In this document: in pieces, positions 58,822-64,000 of the stretch
Position numbering within the stretch: the stretch's first letter is position 1
How the letters are laid out: each line of letters starts with the position of its first letter
Origin: Terriglobia bacterium
GTDB taxonomy: Bacteria; Acidobacteriota; Terriglobia; Versatilivoradales; Versatilivoraceae
Assembly (NCBI GenBank): GCA_963665655.1
Contig: OY762429.1
Location: 624,503-688,502, forward strand
Reading direction: 5' to 3'
DNA: 64,000 bases
Notes under the pieces: generated by a model
Seen by the model: the letters and a program-made list of their open reading frames with translations, nothing else
Told to the model about the DNA's origin: nothing
The model's database searches: none
Program-made: the position numbers and the translations under genes

Positions 58822-60471
58822 ATGAACCGATTCCGACACGCCCGGAAGGTGCTGGCGGCGTCCATGTTCGTCATGGGGGCCTGCGGGATTGCCTACGAGT
58901 ACACCCTGGGGGCGCTGGGCAACAACCTGATGGGTTCCTCCCACGAGCAGATCTTCGTGGTCATCGGGTTGATGATGTTCGCCATGGGCCTGGGGGCCAC
59001 CCTGCAGAAGCACATCAACGGCAACCTGGTGGACAAGTTCCTGCTGGTGGAGATCCTGCTGGGGCTGACGGGAGGGATCAGCGCCCTGGTCATCTACCTG
59101 GCCTACATCTACTCCACCAGCTACATGCTGCTGCTGTGGGGATTCTCGCTGGGGATCGGCATCCTCATCGGCCTCGAAATCCCCCTGCTGATCCGCATCA
59201 ACCGCGAGTATTCGGCCAGTCTCAAGACCAACCTGTCCGAGATCCTGAGCATGGATTACGTGGGCGCGCTGGTGGGAGCCCTGCTGTTCACCTTCGTCCT
59301 CTTCGCCAACCTGTCCGTCAACCAGATCGCCGTGGCACTGGGATGCGCCAACCTCCTGCTGGCCCTGCTGGGGCTGGCCTACTTCCGCCCCCTGCTGCGC
59401 CACTTCAGGAAGCTTCTGCTGCTCTCCTGCGCCGGTGCGGCGCTGCTGGGCTGCCTGCTGGCCCTGTCGGAGGACTGGCGGGTTTCGCTGGAGCAGCGGA
59501 CCTACAGCGATCCCATCATCTACAGCCACACCTCCAGGTACCAGCACATCGTCATGACCCGACGGAACGACCGGCTCAGCCTCTTCATCAACGGCCACCT
59601 GCAGTTCAATTCCCGGGACGAGCGGATCTACCACGAGATGCTGGTCCACGTTCCCTTTGCGGTGGCTTCCACCCGTGCCAGGGTGCTGATTCTCGGGGGA
59701 GGCGACGGCCTGGCGCTCAGGGAGGTGCTGAAATACGACGGGGTGCGGCGGGTGGACCTGGTGGACATCGATCCCTCCATGACCGAGCTGGCAGCCACCC
59801 ATCCCGACCTGGTTCGACTCAACCGGGGAGCCCTGCTGGACGAACGGGTCAGGTTGCGTCCGGCGATGGGCGTCTCCGAGGGAGAAATTCAGACCGTCTC
59901 CCGGCCCAGCAAGCTGGCCCCCTCCCTGCTCAGCGACACCGTCTATCCCCAGGCCAGGGTCCGGGTGGTCAACCTGGACGCCGACCTCTTCGTTCGCAGC
60001 CTGCAGGGGCCCTACGATCTGGTGATCATCGACTTTCCCGATCCGAAATCGGTGGGCACGGCCAAGCTCTACTCCCTGGATTTCTATCGCAGGCTGGCCC
60101 GCCAACTGGGTCCCAGCGGCCTGGTGGCGGTGCAATCCACCTCGCCCTACCACTCCCGGGAGATGTTCCTGTGCATCGGGAAAACGCTGCGGGCCGCCGG
60201 CTTCCGGGCCCTGCCCTACCGGCAGAACGTCCCCAGCTTCGGGGAGTGGGGGTGGCACCTGGCCTGGCTGCACGAAGCCAGCCAGCCAGCCATGAAGGAA
60301 GCGCTGGAGGGGCTGACATCCCTCGGGGTCCCGACCGGCTATCTCACCGCGGCCCTGGTGTCCAACGCCACCGCCTTCGGCAAGCGCTGGCTCGACGACG
60401 CCCATATCGAGATCAACACCAAGTTCCGGCCCACCATTCTCCAATACCACCGGCAGTCCTGGAGAAACTGA
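58822..60471 (+). CDS. Membrane-bound spermidine-synthase-like aminopropyltransferase (N-terminal polytopic domain plus a SpeE catalytic domain).
   Basis: LILGGGDGLALREVLKY ... DLVDIDP pattern. 549 aa. Confidence 0.8.
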   Translation: MNRFRHARKVLAASMFVMGACGIAYEYTLGALGNNLMGSSHEQIFVVIGLMMFAMGLGATLQKHINGNLVDKFLLVEILLGLTGGISALVIYLAYIYSTSYMLLLWGFSLGIGILIGLEIPLLIRINREYSASLKTNLSEILSMDYVGALVGALLFTFVLFANLSVNQIAVALGCANLLLALLGLAYFRPLLRHFRKLLLLSCAGAALLGCLLALSEDWRVSLEQRTYSDPIIYSHTSRYQHIVMTRRNDRLSLFINGHLQFNSRDERIYHEMLVHVPFAVASTRARVLILGGGDGLALREVLKYDGVRRVDLVDIDPSMTELAATHPDLVRLNRGALLDERVRLRPAMGVSEGEIQTVSRPSKLAPSLLSDTVYPQARVRVVNLDADLFVRSLQGPYDLVIIDFPDPKSVGTAKLYSLDFYRRLARQLGPSGLVAVQSTSPYHSREMFLCIGKTLRAAGFRALPYRQNVPSFGEWGWHLAWLHEASQPAMKEALEGLTSLGVPTGYLTAALVSNATAFGKRWLDDAHIEINTKFRPTILQYHRQSWRN

Positions 60472-60538
60472 CAGCGACTCTTTATACTTTGCCCTGTTTT
60501 GCATCGATTCGACACGGTTCACGGGGAGGGAGGCCAGC

Positions 60539-61744
60539 ATGCGGACCACCTGGAGTTTTCATACTGCCGGAGCCATTCACTTCGGCAGAGGCGCCACCGA
60601 CCAACTGGGTGAAATTGCTCGGGAACTGGGAGCCGGGCATGCCCTGGTGGTCACCGACAAGGCTCTGGTGAAAGCGGGTCTGGCCGACCAGGTGCAGTCC
60701 CGGCTGACTTCCGGGGGCGTGCGGGTGACCCTATTCGACGGCGGGGAGCCGGAGCCTTCCATCGCCGCCCTGCTCCGCTGCCACGACTTCGCCTCCCGGC
60801 ACAAACCGGACCTGCTGGTGGGACTGGGAGGCGGCAGCAACATGGACCTGGCCAAGACCGTGGGGGTCCTGCTCACCTACGGAGGCGAGCCCCGGGACTA
60901 CATGGGCGAAGGAAAGGTTCCGGGCCCCATCCTGCCGCTGATCGCCGTGCCCACCACGGCGGGAACCGGCTCCGAAGTCACCCATGCGGGAATCCTGACC
61001 GACACCGAGAACAACATCAAGGTGGCCATCGCCAGCAACTATCTGAGGCCCCGGGCGGCGGTGGTGGACCCGCTCATGACCGTGACCTGCCCTCCCAAGG
61101 CCACGGCAGACAGTGGGATCGACGCACTCACCCACGCCGTGGAAGCCTTCATGGCCACCGACAGCTCCCAACTTGAAATTCCGGAAGGCGAAATTTCCAT
61201 CTACCAGGGCCGCAATCCCCTGGGGAACGCCATGGTGGAGCCAGCGGTCAGCCTCATCGCAAGCCATCTTGCCGACGCCGTCAGGGACGGCCGAAACCTG
61301 GCGGCCCGAGAGGGCATGCACCTGGCGGCACTCATCGCCGGAATGGGATTCAGCAACGTGGGCGTCGGCGCGGTCCACGCGCTGGAATACCCCATCGGCG
61401 GAGCCGTGCACTGCTCCCACGGCTGCGGCAACGGCCTGCTCCTGCCTTATGTGATGGAGTTCAACAAACCGGCCCGGGTGGAGGCTCTGGCCCGCCTGGC
61501 CGAACTCATGGGCCTCCAGGTGGAGGGCCTGTCCGCCGAGGCCGCCGCCGACGCCGCCATCGAGCGGGTGCGGGCCTTGAGAAAGGAAATCGGCATCCCC
61601 GACAAGCTCCGGGAAATCGGAGTGCAGGAACACCAGCTCCGCTCCTTCGCCGAGGCGGCCTTCGGGATCAAGCGGCTCATGCGCAGCAATCCCCGTCAGG
61701 CCGCGGTGGATGACCTGGAGGGCATCCTGCAGGCGGCCTTTTAG
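60539..61744 (+). CDS. Iron-containing (group III) alcohol dehydrogenase.
   Basis: GGGSNMDLAK and the metal-binding His cluster. 401 aa. Confidence 0.85.
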   Translation: MRTTWSFHTAGAIHFGRGATDQLGEIARELGAGHALVVTDKALVKAGLADQVQSRLTSGGVRVTLFDGGEPEPSIAALLRCHDFASRHKPDLLVGLGGGSNMDLAKTVGVLLTYGGEPRDYMGEGKVPGPILPLIAVPTTAGTGSEVTHAGILTDTENNIKVAIASNYLRPRAAVVDPLMTVTCPPKATADSGIDALTHAVEAFMATDSSQLEIPEGEISIYQGRNPLGNAMVEPAVSLIASHLADAVRDGRNLAAREGMHLAALIAGMGFSNVGVGAVHALEYPIGGAVHCSHGCGNGLLLPYVMEFNKPARVEALARLAELMGLQVEGLSAEAAADAAIERVRALRKEIGIPDKLREIGVQEHQLRSFAEAAFGIKRLMRSNPRQAAVDDLEGILQAAF

Positions 61745-61770
61745 GGAAACAGGGAAGGAAGTTCCAGCGG

Positions 61771-63105
61771 TTACACCAGCTCGTGGAGCGGCTGCCCCAT
61801 GACGTCGTCGATGGAGTTGGCGATGTAGAGGGGACGGCCTCCGGGGTTGACGTACTCCTTGGTCCAATCGATGCCCATGGCCTTGTAGATGGTGGCGAAG
61901 AGGTCGCCCATGGTGACCCTGCGTTCCGCCACCTGGGCCCCCTGCTCGTCGCTGGCGCCCACCACTCGCCCGCCCTGAATGCCTCCACCTCCCAGAATCA
62001 ACGACCAGCAGTCCGGATAGTGATCCCGGCCGTTGTTGGCGTTCAGGTGGGGGGTGCGACCGAACTCGCCCATGGCCAGCACCACGGTGGAGTCCAGCAG
62101 TCCGCGCTGCTGCAGGTCCTCCAGCAAGACCGAAAGGGTCTGGTCCAGGGTGGGGGCCAGCTTGTCCCGCAGCCTCCGGTCGTTGTCCTGGTGGGTGTCC
62201 CAAGCCCCGTGAGCGTATCCGGAGGTGGTCACAAAGCGGCAGCCCGCCTCCACCAGGCGGCGAGCCAGCAGCACGCTTTGACCGACCCGGTTGCGCCCGT
62301 AGGCCTCCTTGGTCCGGTCCGACTCCTGGGACAGATCGAAGGCCTGCTTGACGCTGGGCGAAAGCAGCATGGTCAGAGCCTGGTTGGTGAAGCGGTCCAT
62401 CCTGCCGAATTCGGCGTGCTTCTCCTTCTGGCGGAACCCCCGATCCACCGCCTGCAGAAACGACCGGCGGTCGGCAATATCGGCAGCCGTCAGGGTATCG
62501 GGCAAGGACAGGTCCGGAATCTGAAAGGACTCCTGGCTGGGATCGGGCATGATGATGGGATCGTATTCCGAGCCCAGAAAGGCCGAGGTGTAGGCGTCAA
62601 TATAGGAGAAAAAGTCCGTCTCCTGGTGCTCCGGGACCATGATGTAGGGTGGGAGGTTGTTCCTCGGACCCAGTTCCTTGGAGATGATCGAACCCAGGCT
62701 GGGAAACTTCAGGGCCGGATTGGGGCGGTGGCCGGTCAGGGCGTAGTGGGTGCCCTGGGGGTGGTTGTTCTCCTCGGTGTGCATGGAGCGGACAATGGCC
62801 AGCTTGTCCATGTGGCCGGCGACCCGGGGAAAGAGCTCCGAGATCCGGATGCCGTCGGCCCGGGTGGGAATGGCATTGAACCGGCTGTGGGGCTTGGGGT
62901 CCCAGGTGTCGATCTGGGAGGGCCCTCCCTCCAGCCACAGCAGAATGCAGGCCTGGGCCTTTTGCTTCGAACGGGCGGCGGCCGGAGTGGCCGCTTCCAG
63001 GGCCAGGTACTGCCTCAGGTTCAGGCCCAGCAGGCTGAGAGCACCGACTCTGAGGAATTCCCGGCGTGGCCGACAACAACGAGTGTGATCAGCATGTTCT
63101 TTCAT
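61771..63105 (-). CDS. DUF1501-domain (sulfatase-fold) protein with a Tat signal (RREFLRVGALSLLGL).
   Basis: Start trimmed to MKEHADH. Planctomycete-type DUF1501. Confidence 0.8.
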   Translation of the reverse strand: MKEHADHTRCCRPRREFLRVGALSLLGLNLRQYLALEAATPAAARSKQKAQACILLWLEGGPSQIDTWDPKPHSRFNAIPTRADGIRISELFPRVAGHMDKLAIVRSMHTEENNHPQGTHYALTGHRPNPALKFPSLGSIISKELGPRNNLPPYIMVPEHQETDFFSYIDAYTSAFLGSEYDPIIMPDPSQESFQIPDLSLPDTLTAADIADRRSFLQAVDRGFRQKEKHAEFGRMDRFTNQALTMLLSPSVKQAFDLSQESDRTKEAYGRNRVGQSVLLARRLVEAGCRFVTTSGYAHGAWDTHQDNDRRLRDKLAPTLDQTLSVLLEDLQQRGLLDSTVVLAMGEFGRTPHLNANNGRDHYPDCWSLILGGGGIQGGRVVGASDEQGAQVAERRVTMGDLFATIYKAMGIDWTKEYVNPGGRPLYIANSIDDVMGQPLHELV

Positions 63106-63194
63106 GAACGCGTCCCTGGTACTTTTCCAATCCAACCAGCGGTAATACAACTCAGTAAATTTGCCGTCCAGTGCAGCGTCTTGTTGGGTGATGC

Positions 63195-63401
63195 TTACCG
63201 GTCGGATTCTTCAATGCTCGCGATTTTCATCAAATGTTTTTGCAAACCTGCTTTCAATGGTTTGTTTCCATGCACAGGTACTGCAATACGAGCATCGATA
63301 CCTGTCTTGGTATAGATATGATGGCTTCCGCTAATTCTCCTTGGCTCCCACCCTTTGCCTTCGAGCAGACGGCAGAATTTCTTGCCGCTTACCGTCTTCA
63401 A
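63195..63401 (-). CDS. hicA: HicA-family mRNA interferase toxin.
   Basis: SGKKFCRLLEGKGWEPRRISGSHHIY. 68 aa. Confidence 0.8.
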   Translation of the reverse strand: MKTVSGKKFCRLLEGKGWEPRRISGSHHIYTKTGIDARIAVPVHGNKPLKAGLQKHLMKIASIEESDR

Positions 63402-63601
63402 ATGGCTATCTCCATCACCCTATCGTTCTCAGATAGATCAATGTGTTGAACATCCACAGACAAGCAACCCTCAATAGCTTCATACAGATTGCTTAGCAGC
63501 TCATCAAAGCTATCGCCCTGTGTGGCACAACCAGAGATAGACGGCACTTCAGCCCAGTACCCCCCTTCTTCCGCTTCATGAATGACGACCTTAAGCTTCA
63601 T
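63398..63601 (-). CDS. hicB: HicB-family antitoxin (UPF0150). Start trimmed to MKLKVVIHEAEEGGYWAEV.
   Basis: 67 aa. 4-bp overlap with hicA. Confidence 0.7.
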   Translation of the reverse strand: MKLKVVIHEAEEGGYWAEVPSISGCATQGDSFDELLSNLYEAIEGCLSVDVQHIDLSENDRVMEIAI

Positions 63602-63762
63602 CAAAAATTTCCTGAGTTCGATTGATGTCCAGCTACATCTCTTGAGTCGAGACGACATTGACAAATGAGTCAAGTACCATGGATTTCGAATTGAAGATGG
63701 ATTTGAGGCAACATCAGTTGTCACCCCCCAAATCGACAATCAGCAATCAACCATTCATCAAT

Positions 63763-63798
63763 CCGTCCCTTCGTGGTTCTTCGTGCCCCTTCGTGGAT
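63763..63798. repeat. Second CACGAAG-type heptamer array, reverse-complemented (CCGTCCCTTCGTGGTTCTTCGTGCCCCTTCGTGGAT). It lies ~160 bp upstream of hicB.
   Basis: Direct reading. Confidence 0.5.
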
Positions 63799-64000
63799 AT
63801 CTTCTTTCCCTTCACCACTTGTCGGTCTGAGGCACTGCCTCCCTAATGATTGTAAGTGAACTGCCGCGAGGCCAGCAACCCCCAGGCCAGATTTTCCACA
63901 CCCTTCCGGCGAGAAGGAGCGCCCACGATCAGGGCTTGGAGCCGGGTTTCCTCTTCAGCCGTCGGATAGCGGGAAAGGGCCGCCAGGTAGAGTTCCCGGA

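Overview
This is a 64-kb, high-GC (about 65%) bacterial chromosomal window. Almost every long ORF has a GC-rich antisense or out-of-frame shadow ORF, so I made calls by recognising protein motifs in the supplied translations and by reading junctions by hand. The gene content (DUF1501, FG-GAP and PQQ propellers, Tat-signal proteins) suggests a Planctomycetota-, Verrucomicrobiota- or Acidobacteriota-like organism; this is inference only. The window falls into five sectors. (1) 1-3.5 kb is insertion-sequence debris. It holds an IS4-family element with a small zinc-ribbon OrfA, inserted into a short-chain dehydrogenase (SDR) gene. Next comes a 231-bp palindromic MITE-like element with perfect 23-bp terminal inverted repeats, then a frameshifted IS5/IS4-type transposase remnant. 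(2) 3.5-38 kb is housekeeping and accessory metabolism. It includes gap, an MtnX-like HAD phosphatase, an M20 amidohydrolase, two-subunit 2-oxoacid:ferredoxin oxidoreductase (korAB), fhs, an FG-GAP giant protein, creatininase, an M19 dipeptidase, a BNR sialidase-like protein and an enolase-superfamily dehydratase. The most unusual item here is a minus-strand operon (11.2-17.9 kb). In it the two halves of a sulfopyruvate/phosphonopyruvate-decarboxylase-like TPP enzyme (ComD-like and ComE-like) bracket an MBL hydrolase, two translationally coupled paralogous Tat-signal proteins of unknown family and a PQQ propeller. (3) 38-54 kb is a defence island nested inside a type I restriction-modification locus. 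The order is hsdM(HTH fusion)-retropepsin-hsdS ... hsdR-ygjP-like. Between hsdS and hsdR sit a predicted ATP-dependent R-M-like pair (alpha-type N4/N6 DNA methyltransferase plus an 860-aa GHKL ATPase fused to an Mrr-like PD-(D/E)xK nuclease), Fic, DUF433/DUF5615 (decayed), HepT/MntA and two Phd/VapC copies. This stretch is littered with gene fragments (hsdR 5' end, vapC, two fic 3' ends) and at least three families of iteron- or hairpin-containing short repeats. (4) 54-60.5 kb is a PspA-associated envelope-stress cluster (YbjN-like, PspA, DUF4178, two unknowns, DUF350, membrane spermidine-synthase-like). (5) The tail holds Fe-ADH, DUF1501 and a hicBA toxin-antitoxin pair. No rRNA, tRNA or CRISPR was found.
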